A DNA stretch of 64,000 bases. Source: Bacteroidota bacterium (lineage in GTDB: Bacteria > Bacteroidota > Ignavibacteria > UBA10030 > UBA8401). Positions 8,991 through 18,382 of the stretch are shown here, in pieces (position 1 is the stretch's first letter; every line of letters begins with the position of its first letter). Position numbers and translations under genes: made by a program. Location: assembly GCA_040751955.1 (NCBI GenBank), contig JBFMFY010000007.1, positions 23,949 through 87,948 on the forward strand. Direction: 5' to 3'. The notes under the pieces are model-generated. The model saw only the letters and a program-made list of their open reading frames with translations. It searched no databases and was not told where the DNA came from.

Positions 8991-9812
8991 ATGAGTAAAA
9001 GAGCAACACAAATACTTCTCAACATCGGATTGCTGCTAATCGGGTTGACGACGCTTGCACCCGTTCTCTGGATGGTGTCGGCATCATTGATGGCGTCCGG
9101 AGAAGCGGGAACATTTCCGCCGCCGATGCTGCCCAAACAGCCGACGATCGAACATTATCTCGCATTGACCGAACGGCTGAATATGGGGAGATACTTCCTC
9201 AACAGTTTCATCATCGCAAGTGCAGCAACGCTCATTTCCACACTCTTGAATTCAATGGCGGGATTTGCTTTCGCTAAGTATCATTTCAAAGGAAGGGATA
9301 AATTATTCAACATGCTGCTTGGTGGTTTGGTCGTACCGGCGCAGGTAACAATGCTGCCACTCTTTCTGATGTTGAAAACGATGGGATTCGTCAACACGTA
9401 TGTGGGGGCGATTATTCCCGGCATGGCGAGCATCTTCGGAATATTTTTAATACGACAATTTGTAATTGCAATTCCTGACAGTTTAATCGAAGCGGCGCGT
9501 ATCGACGGCGGAAGCGAATTCAGAATTTACCGTACCGTTATTCTTCCGCTCTGTCGTCCTATTCTGTTTACACTCGCACTCTTTACATTCATGGGAACGT
9601 GGAATGACTTCATGTGGCCGCTGATCATCATGACCGATCAATCCAATTACACGCTGCAGGTGGGACTTGCAAGTCTTATGGGTGAACACACGCTCGATCT
9701 CGAACTGATGATGGCGGGCTCGGTCATTACCATCATTCCCGTCCTTGCCTTGTTCCTTCTCTTCCAGCGCCACTATGTTCGCGGCATTATGGTGGGCGGG
9801 GTGAAAGAGTGA
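8991..9812 (+). CDS. Carbohydrate ABC transporter permease (MalG/UgpE-like).
   Basis: The EAA motif 'IEAARIDGGSEFRIYRTVILPLCRP' is present and six TM segments are predicted. Confidence 0.8.
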   Translation: MSKRATQILLNIGLLLIGLTTLAPVLWMVSASLMASGEAGTFPPPMLPKQPTIEHYLALTERLNMGRYFLNSFIIASAATLISTLLNSMAGFAFAKYHFKGRDKLFNMLLGGLVVPAQVTMLPLFLMLKTMGFVNTYVGAIIPGMASIFGIFLIRQFVIAIPDSLIEAARIDGGSEFRIYRTVILPLCRPILFTLALFTFMGTWNDFMWPLIIMTDQSNYTLQVGLASLMGEHTLDLELMMAGSVITIIPVLALFLLFQRHYVRGIMVGGVKE

Positions 9813-10029
9813 CATTCATTGTTTGCAACTCAAGTCCTCTCTGTGTGTTGGGAATGTGTGAAAGGGAGAGGGGATTGAGGGATGTGTAAAAAATTAAAAG
9901 AACAATAAAGACTGTTAACTGTATTGTAGTATTTCAAATTTGAAGGAATAACACACCCCTTGCGCCTCTCACCAACACTACAAGCCAATGCTGGAGAGGG
10001 GAATTTGAATCTTAAAAGAGATTGTTAGT

Positions 10030-13000
10030 ATGAAAAAATTTCTTCTCTCCTTGTCCATGGTGATTTCAATTCTCCATTCCCAATCATCCCGTACCTCGCT
10101 TCTTCTCGACGACTGCAACAGCGTAAAGTCTTGGACAACATTCCGATCCACCGGCGTTGAAGTAACACATCAGAACGATCTTGGGACACTGCGCTTTGAT
10201 ATCGAATTTCCGAAGGGTTCCGGTTATGGCGGTGTATTCAGGAATTTTAATTCACATCTGCCCGAGAATTACGATATCTCGTTCATGATGAAATCAACTG
10301 TTCCGGTCAATAACTTCGAAGTAAAAATCAGCAGCGACAGCGGTGGCGGTACGATCTGGTGGGTGAACAATAAAAATTATACGTATCCGGCGGATTGGAA
10401 ACGGATCGTAATAAAAAAACGCCATCTCAGTTTTGCATGGGGACCGAATTATGCGGCGCATCCGTCGAAATTATCCCGATTGGAAATTGTTGTAACTGCA
10501 GGGACCGGAGGAAAGGGGAGTGTCTGGATCGACGATGTTACATTAACGACGCTGCCGGCATCGCCGAAAGAAATTCCGCTCCCCTCAGTTTCTGCATCAT
10601 CCTTTATGGAGAAGAACAGCGAACCATCGAATGTGCTTCCGGGACGAAAAGGATCTTGGATCAGTAAATCAAAGAAGAATGAATGGATCGAACTCGATCT
10701 GAAGTATGAAAAAGAATTCGGCGGAGTAAATCTTCTATGGGATCCTTCGCTGAAAGGATTATCGTACTCCATCCTTACGTCATTTGACCGGAAGAAATAT
10801 GATACGATCTATTCCGTAACGAAGGGAAAATCGGGGAATGTTCACCACTTCCTTCCCGAATCTGAAGCACGGTATGCCCGTTTATTATTGAAAGGCAATG
10901 CGTCGAATCAACCGTTCAAACTTGAAGAATTTTCCGTCATCGCCAGCGAATCGCTCTCCACGCCGAATCATTTTTATGAACGGATTGCCGCCGCATCTCC
11001 GTCCGGATTTTACCCGCGCTACTTCTTAAAGCAGCAGCCGTACTGGACAGTCGTCGGCGTTCCTTCAGACACGCGCGAAGCGTTGTTCAATGAGGATGGC
11101 GTATTTGAAGTGGACAGGCAAAAATTTTCCATCGAACCGTTCATCGCACTCGATCACAACAGGAATATTTTCCACTGGGCGAACGGAAAGAGTGAACAGT
11201 CTCTCGAGGAAAATTATCTCCCAATCCCAACGGTGACACGCACCTATGAAGATGTTGAACTGCGAACCACCCTGCTGGCAGCGGGTGATGCGGGAAGTTC
11301 TGCGGTGATGGCGCGTTATGTTGTGAAGAACTCATCACCGAAAAATCAAAAAGGGTCGTTCTACATTTCGCTCCGACCATTCCAGGTAAACCCTACGTCG
11401 CAGTGGCTCAATTACGATGGAGGTTTTGCAAAGACAAATACAATTTCCATTGTTGGAAATCGTGCAACGGTTGATGATAAAACGGTGATCGTCTCCGGAA
11501 TTCCGACCGCGTTCGGTGCATCGGCGATCGAACAAGGGGATATTACGGATTTCATTGCGCAGAATTCGATCCCACAATCTCCATTTGCAATGCAGTCACA
11601 AGGGATGACCTCCGGTGCGTTTCAATATTCATTCGATTTGAAACCGGGCGATTCGCTTGTGGTGATTGCAGCAGTTCCCTTTACGCCGGAAGGAAACCGA
11701 TGGACAAACGGATTGCCGACTGCTGACGAGTTCGAAAAAACATTTGCTGAAGTGAAATCATTCTGGAAGAAAACATTGAACACTGTCGAGTTCAATGTGC
11801 CGCCCGATGCACAGCGTCTTGTGAATATCATCCGCTCGAATCTTGCCTACATCCTCATCAACAAAGACAAATTCGGATTCCAGCCCGGCTCCCGTTCGTA
11901 CGAGCGATCGTGGATCCGCGACGGTTCGATGACCTCCGACGCGCTGTTGAAACTCGGCATCACCGAAGAACCGAAGAAATATCTTGAATGGTACGCACCG
12001 TACCAATACGAAAGCGGCTCTGTTCCTTGTGTCGTCGATACGCGGGGTCCGGACCCTGTGCCGGAACATGACAGTCACGGTCAGTTGATCTTCGCCTGCA
12101 TGGAATATTTCAGATTTACGAACGATACTGCATTCCTCCGTGCCCGATGGAATAATATTGCTGCAGCGGTCAGTTTTATTCAATCGCTCCGAGCGCAGCG
12201 GATGACGCCGGAATTCCGCGACGGGAACGACGAAAAGCAGGCATTCTACGGATTGGTGACGGAATCCATCAGCCACGAAGGATATTCAGACAAAGCGATG
12301 CATTCGTACTGGGATAACTTTTTCGTGTTGAAAGGATTGAAGGACGCATCTGCCGCCGCTGCCGTGCTTGGCAAACAAAAAGAAGCACGCGAGTACGACT
12401 CACTGGCAAAAGCATTCCGCATTGATCTGTACAATTCCATTGCCCTGGCGATGAAGAACAGGAAGATCGATTACATCCCCGGGTGCGTAGAAAAAGGAGA
12501 TTTCGATGCGACATCAACATCGATTGCGCTCTTTCCAAACGGAGAAATGAAGTTCATTCCACAACCGGCATTCAACACAACATTTGATAAATATTTTGAC
12601 TGGTTTGTTCAAAGAGCAGAAAACAAACTAACATGGGATGCATACACTCCATACGAAATTCGTAACGTTGGAACATTCATTTATCTCGGACAAAAAGAGC
12701 GTGCGCATTATGCGCTTGATTATTTTTTAAAAGACCAGCGTCCGCAGGGATGGAATCACTGGGCGGAAGTTGTTGCGAACGGATATCGCACGATGCGCTT
12801 CATCGGCGATATGCCGCATACATGGGTCGGTTCTGATTACATCAACGCCGTCCGTGCGATGTTTGTGTACGAAATTGATGATGACCACTCCATCGTGATG
12901 GGTGCGGGATTGAAAGAGGAGTGGGTGAAAAAAGGATTATCAATAAAAGGGTTGCCGACACATTACGGGACACTCTCGTATTCTGTTTCTTCTCCATCCG

Positions 13001-13182
13001 ACAGCAGCGTTACAATACAAATTGAAGGAACGGTTAATGCAAACAAAACTCCGCTGTTAATTCCCGTTACGCTCTGTGCGAAACAATTACAACGCGCGAG
13101 TATCAATGGTGTCGCAGTTACGCCGGAGAATGGATTTATTGTGATAAAGCAGTTGCCCGCGAGTGTGGAGATGATCTACTAG
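10030..13182 (+). CDS. Large secreted protein with N-terminal carbohydrate-binding (discoidin/F5/8-C-like) modules and a C-terminal (alpha/alpha)6-barrel glycoside-hydrolase-like domain (GH15/GH63-type 'WIRDGS' region).
   Basis: The signal peptide is 'MKKFLLSLSMVISILHS'. A 'NASNQPFKLEEF' CBM-like segment is present. 'ERSWIRDGSMTSDALLKLG...EWYAPYQYESGSVPCVVD' resembles six-hairpin glycosidases. The family assignment is uncertain. Confidence 0.4.
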   Translation: MKKFLLSLSMVISILHSQSSRTSLLLDDCNSVKSWTTFRSTGVEVTHQNDLGTLRFDIEFPKGSGYGGVFRNFNSHLPENYDISFMMKSTVPVNNFEVKISSDSGGGTIWWVNNKNYTYPADWKRIVIKKRHLSFAWGPNYAAHPSKLSRLEIVVTAGTGGKGSVWIDDVTLTTLPASPKEIPLPSVSASSFMEKNSEPSNVLPGRKGSWISKSKKNEWIELDLKYEKEFGGVNLLWDPSLKGLSYSILTSFDRKKYDTIYSVTKGKSGNVHHFLPESEARYARLLLKGNASNQPFKLEEFSVIASESLSTPNHFYERIAAASPSGFYPRYFLKQQPYWTVVGVPSDTREALFNEDGVFEVDRQKFSIEPFIALDHNRNIFHWANGKSEQSLEENYLPIPTVTRTYEDVELRTTLLAAGDAGSSAVMARYVVKNSSPKNQKGSFYISLRPFQVNPTSQWLNYDGGFAKTNTISIVGNRATVDDKTVIVSGIPTAFGASAIEQGDITDFIAQNSIPQSPFAMQSQGMTSGAFQYSFDLKPGDSLVVIAAVPFTPEGNRWTNGLPTADEFEKTFAEVKSFWKKTLNTVEFNVPPDAQRLVNIIRSNLAYILINKDKFGFQPGSRSYERSWIRDGSMTSDALLKLGITEEPKKYLEWYAPYQYESGSVPCVVDTRGPDPVPEHDSHGQLIFACMEYFRFTNDTAFLRARWNNIAAAVSFIQSLRAQRMTPEFRDGNDEKQAFYGLVTESISHEGYSDKAMHSYWDNFFVLKGLKDASAAAAVLGKQKEAREYDSLAKAFRIDLYNSIALAMKNRKIDYIPGCVEKGDFDATSTSIALFPNGEMKFIPQPAFNTTFDKYFDWFVQRAENKLTWDAYTPYEIRNVGTFIYLGQKERAHYALDYFLKDQRPQGWNHWAEVVANGYRTMRFIGDMPHTWVGSDYINAVRAMFVYEIDDDHSIVMGAGLKEEWVKKGLSIKGLPTHYGTLSYSVSSPSDSSVTIQIEGTVNANKTPLLIPVTLCAKQLQRASINGVAVTPENGFIVIKQLPASVEMIY

Positions 13183-13338
13183 ATATTGTGATTTTACAGA
13201 CATATCGCTATTGCCAAACGTATTACTGAGGTATCCACACGGCGCAGACGGATTTTCCCGCCTTGTTCTGCAATGAAACTCTCCGTACATTGTATCTGTC
13301 CATTAATTTTCAGGATTTCCATTACTAATACTTCACAC

Positions 13339-14163
13339 ATGAAAACTCTCATTGATGTGTTGACGCTGATTCTGCCGGTTATCTACGGAGGATTGGTCTG
13401 GCTGTACGCGAAAAATTTTTTTACCGATGCTCCGCTTCATAAAAATGTGCAGAGATTTTTCGTTATTCCGGCAGTCATTCTCCACGCAGGCTATCTCATT
13501 GTCCGGACGGAAGCGTTCGATCACGTTCCCATCACCACGATGTACGAGATCATGTCGCTGATCTCGTTTGCCATTTTTATTGTCTATCTCATTATCGAGT
13601 ACATGATCAAAGTAAAAGGGACAGGCTTTTTTATCATTACATTGTCGTTTATCTTCCAGATTATTTCGTCGCTCTTTATTGAAGATCTGCTGGAAGTGAA
13701 ACCTGTCCTGCGCAGCAAACTTCTCGGTACGCATGTCTCATCCGCGCTTGTCGGGTACGTCGGACTGGCGCTTGCCGCGGTGTACGGATTTCTGTATATC
13801 ATGTTATACCGTAATATCAAGGCAAAACGCTTCAATGCCTTCTATACAAAATTGCCAAATCTGGAAATTCTTGAGCAAATGACCTCAATTTCCATAGCAA
13901 TTGGCTTTGTCTTTCTTGGCATAGCGATTGCAGTTGGTATGATATGGCTTCCCCGGGCGTTTGAGCATTTTTCGTATTTTGACCCGAAATTGGTTATTAC
14001 AATATGCATATGGATCATGTACGGAATTGCGCTTCTGGCAAAACGGTATTCGGGATTGAAGGGGCGACGCTTTATGATACTTGCAATCGCCGGATTCGTC
14101 GTGTCGTTTTTTTCGCTAACGGTGGGGAATTTGTATTTCAGCAATTTTCATAATTTTTATTGA
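13339..14163 (+). CDS. Polytopic membrane protein of the cytochrome c assembly (CcsA/HemX-like) family, located upstream of hemA.
   Basis: The protein is about 275 aa with about eight hydrophobic segments. Its position directly upstream of hemA matches B. subtilis hemX and Chlorobi/Bacteroidota ccsA-like genes. No WWD heme-handling motif was seen, so HemX-like is favoured. Confidence 0.45.
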   Translation: MKTLIDVLTLILPVIYGGLVWLYAKNFFTDAPLHKNVQRFFVIPAVILHAGYLIVRTEAFDHVPITTMYEIMSLISFAIFIVYLIIEYMIKVKGTGFFIITLSFIFQIISSLFIEDLLEVKPVLRSKLLGTHVSSALVGYVGLALAAVYGFLYIMLYRNIKAKRFNAFYTKLPNLEILEQMTSISIAIGFVFLGIAIAVGMIWLPRAFEHFSYFDPKLVITICIWIMYGIALLAKRYSGLKGRRFMILAIAGFVVSFFSLTVGNLYFSNFHNFY

Positions 14164-14177
14164 TTTACGGCTGAAAC

Positions 14178-15485
14178 ATGGATCTTTTTGTTGTCGGAAT
14201 AAATCATCGGACTGCATCGCTGGATGTGCGTGAAAAGTTATGGCTTTCCACTGATGAAAAGCGCCGCCTGCTCCATGCCTGCAGAGAGAAATTTTTTAGC
14301 GAATGTTTTGTCACATCTACATGCAACCGAACCGAATTATACGGAGTGATCGATAAAACATTTCAGCAACAGACTGATACTGCCGCTTCTTATTATCGGG
14401 AAATACAAGATTATTTTGTCGGATTTAAGAATGCAGCCTCATTTCTCAAATATGAAAATCTATACTCGCTTTCCGCTGTTGCTGCTGTGAAACATCTTTT
14501 CCGAGTTGCTGCCGGCATCGATTCGATGGTTGTCGGCGATGTCCAGATTCTCGGGCAGATCAAAGATGATTTTCAACTTGCGGTAGAAGAGCAAACGGTC
14601 GGAACATTGATGCACAAATTTCTACAGGCGGCGCTGCACGTCGGGAAGAGAGTGAGAACGGAAACGTCGCTGATGGAAGGTGCCGTCTCCGTGAGTTATG
14701 CTGCCGTTGAGATGGCGTCGAAAATTTTCGACGATCTCGGCACACGCAAAGCGTTGTTGATCGGTGCCGGAGAAACGGGAGAGTTGACGGCAAAGCATTT
14801 AACGGGACGCGGTATTGGAGCATTATTCATTACGAACCGCACGCGGCAGAAAGCGGAAGAACTTGCGTCAACACTCGAAGGGAATGTCGTTGAATTCGAA
14901 TCGTTCCACACGATCATCCCGACCGTCGATATCATCATCTCATCGATCGATTCCAAAGAATATATTCTCACCGCACCGCAGATCAAGACGGCGCTCAAAC
15001 AACGGCATCACACCCCGCTCTTTATTTTCGATATCGGCGTACCCCGCAATATCGATCCGGCAGCGAATGATATTGACAATGTATTCCTGAACGATATGGA
15101 TTCACTCTCCAATGTCATTTCTCAGAACATTCATAAACGTGAATCGGAACTGCCGAAAGTGAACGGGATTATTCTGGAGGAAATGAGAAATTTCCACCAA
15201 TGGTTCAAGTCATTGCAGGTCGGTCCTACGATTCAAGATCTCAGAAATCATTTTGAGTATGTCCGGCAGGAAGAAGTTGCGAAACATATCAACCGCTTTA
15301 CCGATCGCGATCAGGAATTGATCGACCTGGTGACAAAACGGATCGTCAACAAACTGCTCCATCACCCAACCGTCACGCTTCGCAACGGACATGATGAAAC
15401 CGAGAGTCAGAAAAAATCCCGGCTCGATCTCGTGAGGAGTTTATTCGGATTGGACAGGTCGAAGCATTCAGAGGGACACGAGTGA
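14178..15485 (+). CDS. hemA: Glutamyl-tRNA reductase.
   Basis: 'MDLFVVGINHRTASLDVREKL' and 'TCNRTELY' are present. A NADPH-binding 'LIGAGETGEL' segment follows. Confidence 0.95.
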   Translation: MDLFVVGINHRTASLDVREKLWLSTDEKRRLLHACREKFFSECFVTSTCNRTELYGVIDKTFQQQTDTAASYYREIQDYFVGFKNAASFLKYENLYSLSAVAAVKHLFRVAAGIDSMVVGDVQILGQIKDDFQLAVEEQTVGTLMHKFLQAALHVGKRVRTETSLMEGAVSVSYAAVEMASKIFDDLGTRKALLIGAGETGELTAKHLTGRGIGALFITNRTRQKAEELASTLEGNVVEFESFHTIIPTVDIIISSIDSKEYILTAPQIKTALKQRHHTPLFIFDIGVPRNIDPAANDIDNVFLNDMDSLSNVISQNIHKRESELPKVNGIILEEMRNFHQWFKSLQVGPTIQDLRNHFEYVRQEEVAKHINRFTDRDQELIDLVTKRIVNKLLHHPTVTLRNGHDETESQKKSRLDLVRSLFGLDRSKHSEGHE

Positions 15486-16429
15486 TCCAACCGAACAAAA
15501 TCGTTATCGGAACACGCGGAAGCGAACTAGCGCTCTGGCAGGCAGAATGGGTGCGGCAGGAACTGCAGCAGCGATATTCTTGGATCGAAATCGATACCGT
15601 CATTATCAAAACCACCGGCGATAAAATTCTCGACTCGCCTCTGTCGAAAATCGGTGATAAGGGATTATTCACCAAAGAGATTGAAAAAGCGCTGTTAGAC
15701 AAAGAGATTGATCTTGCTGTTCATAGTTTAAAAGATGTCCCGACGCAGTTAACCCCCGGATTAACTCTCGGTGCAATTTCCAAACGCGAAGATGTGCGGG
15801 ATGTGTTCATTTCGCATCCATCAAAAAAATATGCTTCGTTCAACGATGTGCCAACAGGGGGAAAAGTAGCGACGGGAAGTTTGCGGCGAAAATGCCAATT
15901 GTTGCAGCACCGCCCCGATCTAACGATCATCGACATACGAGGCAATCTCAAAACACGAAGAGAAAAACTTGAACAATCCGACTGGGACGGAATGCTCCTT
16001 GCCAAAGCGGGCGTAACACGGCTGGGTTGGGCTGCGATGATCTCCGAAGTATTCTCACCGGCGTTCATTCTTCCCGCTGTCGGGCAGGGGGCTCTTGGAA
16101 TTGAAATACGTGATGACGACGGTGAATTAATGAAACTTATAGCTCCGCTGTCACATTCTGAAACACAAATTGCAACCACGGGCGAACGCGCTCTTCTGCG
16201 CCACCTCGAAGGAGGTTGCCAAATTCCGATCGGCACATTCGGGAGAATCGAGAATGGCGCATTCATCCTTGATGCGATGGTCGGATCGCTTGATGGAAAG
16301 CGAGTAGTACGTGGTTCCATCAACGGTTCACCGGATGAAGCGGGAGGACTGGGCATCCGGCTTGCCGATGAATTGCTCGCGCGCGGTGCAAAAGATATTT
16401 TAGACGAGATACGGAAAAATTCGCCGTGA
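15482..16429 (+). CDS. hemC: Porphobilinogen deaminase (hydroxymethylbilane synthase).
   Basis: 'IVIGTRGSELALWQAEWV' is present. There is a 4-nt overlap with hemA. Confidence 0.95.
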   Translation: MIQPNKIVIGTRGSELALWQAEWVRQELQQRYSWIEIDTVIIKTTGDKILDSPLSKIGDKGLFTKEIEKALLDKEIDLAVHSLKDVPTQLTPGLTLGAISKREDVRDVFISHPSKKYASFNDVPTGGKVATGSLRRKCQLLQHRPDLTIIDIRGNLKTRREKLEQSDWDGMLLAKAGVTRLGWAAMISEVFSPAFILPAVGQGALGIEIRDDDGELMKLIAPLSHSETQIATTGERALLRHLEGGCQIPIGTFGRIENGAFILDAMVGSLDGKRVVRGSINGSPDEAGGLGIRLADELLARGAKDILDEIRKNSP

Positions 16430-17208
16430 CAAGGCAGCTACCACTTTCCGGCAAAACAATTGTAGTCACGCGGCGGAAAGAACAGGCAAAAGAATTTTCC
16501 GAACTGTTGATGCAAAAAGGAGCAAACGTTCTTCTTTTTCCTGCACTGGAGATCGTAGCGCCTGATTCGTGGAGAGAGTGTGATGTCGCTCTGGATCGGC
16601 TGAACAGCTATTCCGGAATTATTTTTACCAGTTCAAACGCGGTAAAATACTTCCTGCAGCGCGTCAGCTATCGAAAGCAATCGGCGCAGTTGAACAATCT
16701 TGCACTCTACGCCGTGGGTGAAACAACGGAAAATGAAATCAAGAAATCTGGTTTTCACGCAGAGCAATTGCCGGATACATTTTCCGCACAGGAGCTTGCA
16801 CAAGCAATTGCACAAACCAGTGTCAGGGGTAAACGATTCTTGTTTCCGAGAGGGAATCTTTCAAAAAATGACATCCAGGCGATTTTGACGGTGAACGGTG
16901 CAGTGGTTGACGATGTTGTCGTGTACACGACACAGGAACTGCCGCTCAATAACGAACGGAGAAATATGTTGAGTGAGATTGAACAACGAGCAGATTTGAT
17001 TACGTTCTTCAGTCCGTCGAGCGTGCGCCATAGTATGAATTACGCTCGGAATATTTTTTCACTGAAAAATGCGGCAGTGATAGGCGAAACAACAGCTGCC
17101 GCCGCACGTCAAGAGAATTTGAATGTTGTTCTTGTTGCGCCGCGTTCAACCGCCGCGGCATTTGCAGATGCGATAGAAAAGTTTTATACAAAAATAACCG
17201 AACAATAG
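16426..17208 (+). CDS. hemD: Uroporphyrinogen-III synthase.
   Basis: The HEM4 family signature 'KTIVVTRRKEQAKEFSELLMQKGANVLLFPALEI' is present. There is a 4-nt overlap with hemC. Confidence 0.85.
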   Translation: MTRQLPLSGKTIVVTRRKEQAKEFSELLMQKGANVLLFPALEIVAPDSWRECDVALDRLNSYSGIIFTSSNAVKYFLQRVSYRKQSAQLNNLALYAVGETTENEIKKSGFHAEQLPDTFSAQELAQAIAQTSVRGKRFLFPRGNLSKNDIQAILTVNGAVVDDVVVYTTQELPLNNERRNMLSEIEQRADLITFFSPSSVRHSMNYARNIFSLKNAAVIGETTAAAARQENLNVVLVAPRSTAAAFADAIEKFYTKITEQ

Positions 17209-17215
17209 AAATTGG

Positions 17216-17300
17216 TCACCCTGAGCATGTGCCGGCGTTTATTAACGGTATGCGTCGAAAGGTTATCCTTCGATGTGCTCGCGTACTCAGAATGAATTCC
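17216..17300. repeat. Degenerate member of the nested-palindrome repeat family, in the hemD-hemE intergenic region.
   Basis: The sequence reads cctgagcatgtg...GCGTCGAAAGG..CCTTCGATG...actcagaatga, with the same 'tcgaagg / ccttcga' core as the other copies. Confidence 0.5.
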
Positions 17301-17325
17301 GATTGATAACGAAAGCAAAATACCA

Positions 17326-18378
17326 TTGAAAAATGATTTACTTATCCGTGCCGCTCGCAGGCAGCACGTTGAACGAACACCGGTCTGGTTCATGAGGCAA
17401 GCCGGAAGATATTTGCCGGAATACAGGGCAGTCCGTGCAAAAGCGGATTTCCTCACGCTGTGCAAAACTCCAGAACTCGCCGCCGAAGTAACGGTGCAGC
17501 CGGTAGAATTGATCGGTGTCGATGCCGCCATAATTTTTTCGGACATCTTAGTGGTTCCCGAAGCAATGGGAATGGAATTGATCGTTGAAGAGGGGAAAGG
17601 GGGTCCGCGTTTTCCGAAACCGGTACGCTCTTCTGAAGATATCAATGCACTGCGCGCCGTCGATCCGAACAGCGGACTTCGATACGTGATGGATGCGATC
17701 CGTCTGTCAAAGCAGCGGCTGTCCGATGAAGTGCCGCTCATCGGGTTTTCCGGTTCGCCGTGGACACTGGCAGCGTATATGGTGGAAGGGAAAGGATCAA
17801 AAGACTTTCGTCATGCAAAAGAAATGATTTTCTCCAAGCCGCAGCAGGCGCATCTGTTGTTGCAGCGGCTTGCGCAATCGGTGGCTGAGTATCTTTCCGC
17901 ACAAGTTGACGCCGGTGCAGACATTGTGCAGATCTTCGATACATGGGGCGGAATTCTTGCACAGGAAGAGTTCGAAGAATTTTCTCTCCTGTATATTCAA
18001 AAGATCGTTGAACAGGTGAAGAAGAAAAATGTTCCTGTTATTGTCTTTTGCAAAGACTGCGGTCATTCGCTCAAAAAAATTGCCGACATCGGAGCCGACG
18101 TCGTCGGTTTGGATTGGTCAACGGATATCGGAAAGGCACGGAATGCCGTCGGAAAAAAAGTTGCATTGCAGGGAAATCTTGACCCGACGATGTTATTCTC
18201 GACCCCCGAACGGATAGAGCACGGTGTACAATCGATCCTGCAAAAATACGGCAACGGTGCAGGACATATTTTCAATCTCGGACACGGTATTCTTCCTGAA
18301 ACTCCTGTCGAGAACGTGAAGACATTTATCAACGCTGTAAAAACATTCAGCACTCAGTATCATGTGAAAGAGAAGTGA
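17326..18378 (+). CDS. hemE: Uroporphyrinogen decarboxylase.
   Basis: 'NDLLIRAARRQHVERTPVWFMRQAGRYLPEY' is present. The start is TTG. Confidence 0.95.
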   Translation: MKNDLLIRAARRQHVERTPVWFMRQAGRYLPEYRAVRAKADFLTLCKTPELAAEVTVQPVELIGVDAAIIFSDILVVPEAMGMELIVEEGKGGPRFPKPVRSSEDINALRAVDPNSGLRYVMDAIRLSKQRLSDEVPLIGFSGSPWTLAAYMVEGKGSKDFRHAKEMIFSKPQQAHLLLQRLAQSVAEYLSAQVDAGADIVQIFDTWGGILAQEEFEEFSLLYIQKIVEQVKKKNVPVIVFCKDCGHSLKKIADIGADVVGLDWSTDIGKARNAVGKKVALQGNLDPTMLFSTPERIEHGVQSILQKYGNGAGHIFNLGHGILPETPVENVKTFINAVKTFSTQYHVKEK

Positions 18379-18382
18379 TGCG

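Noticed and set aside
15721-16356. 211-aa minus-strand ORF inside hemC
   Set aside because: It is antisense to the conserved porphobilinogen deaminase CDS, with a Pro/Ser/Arg-rich translation.
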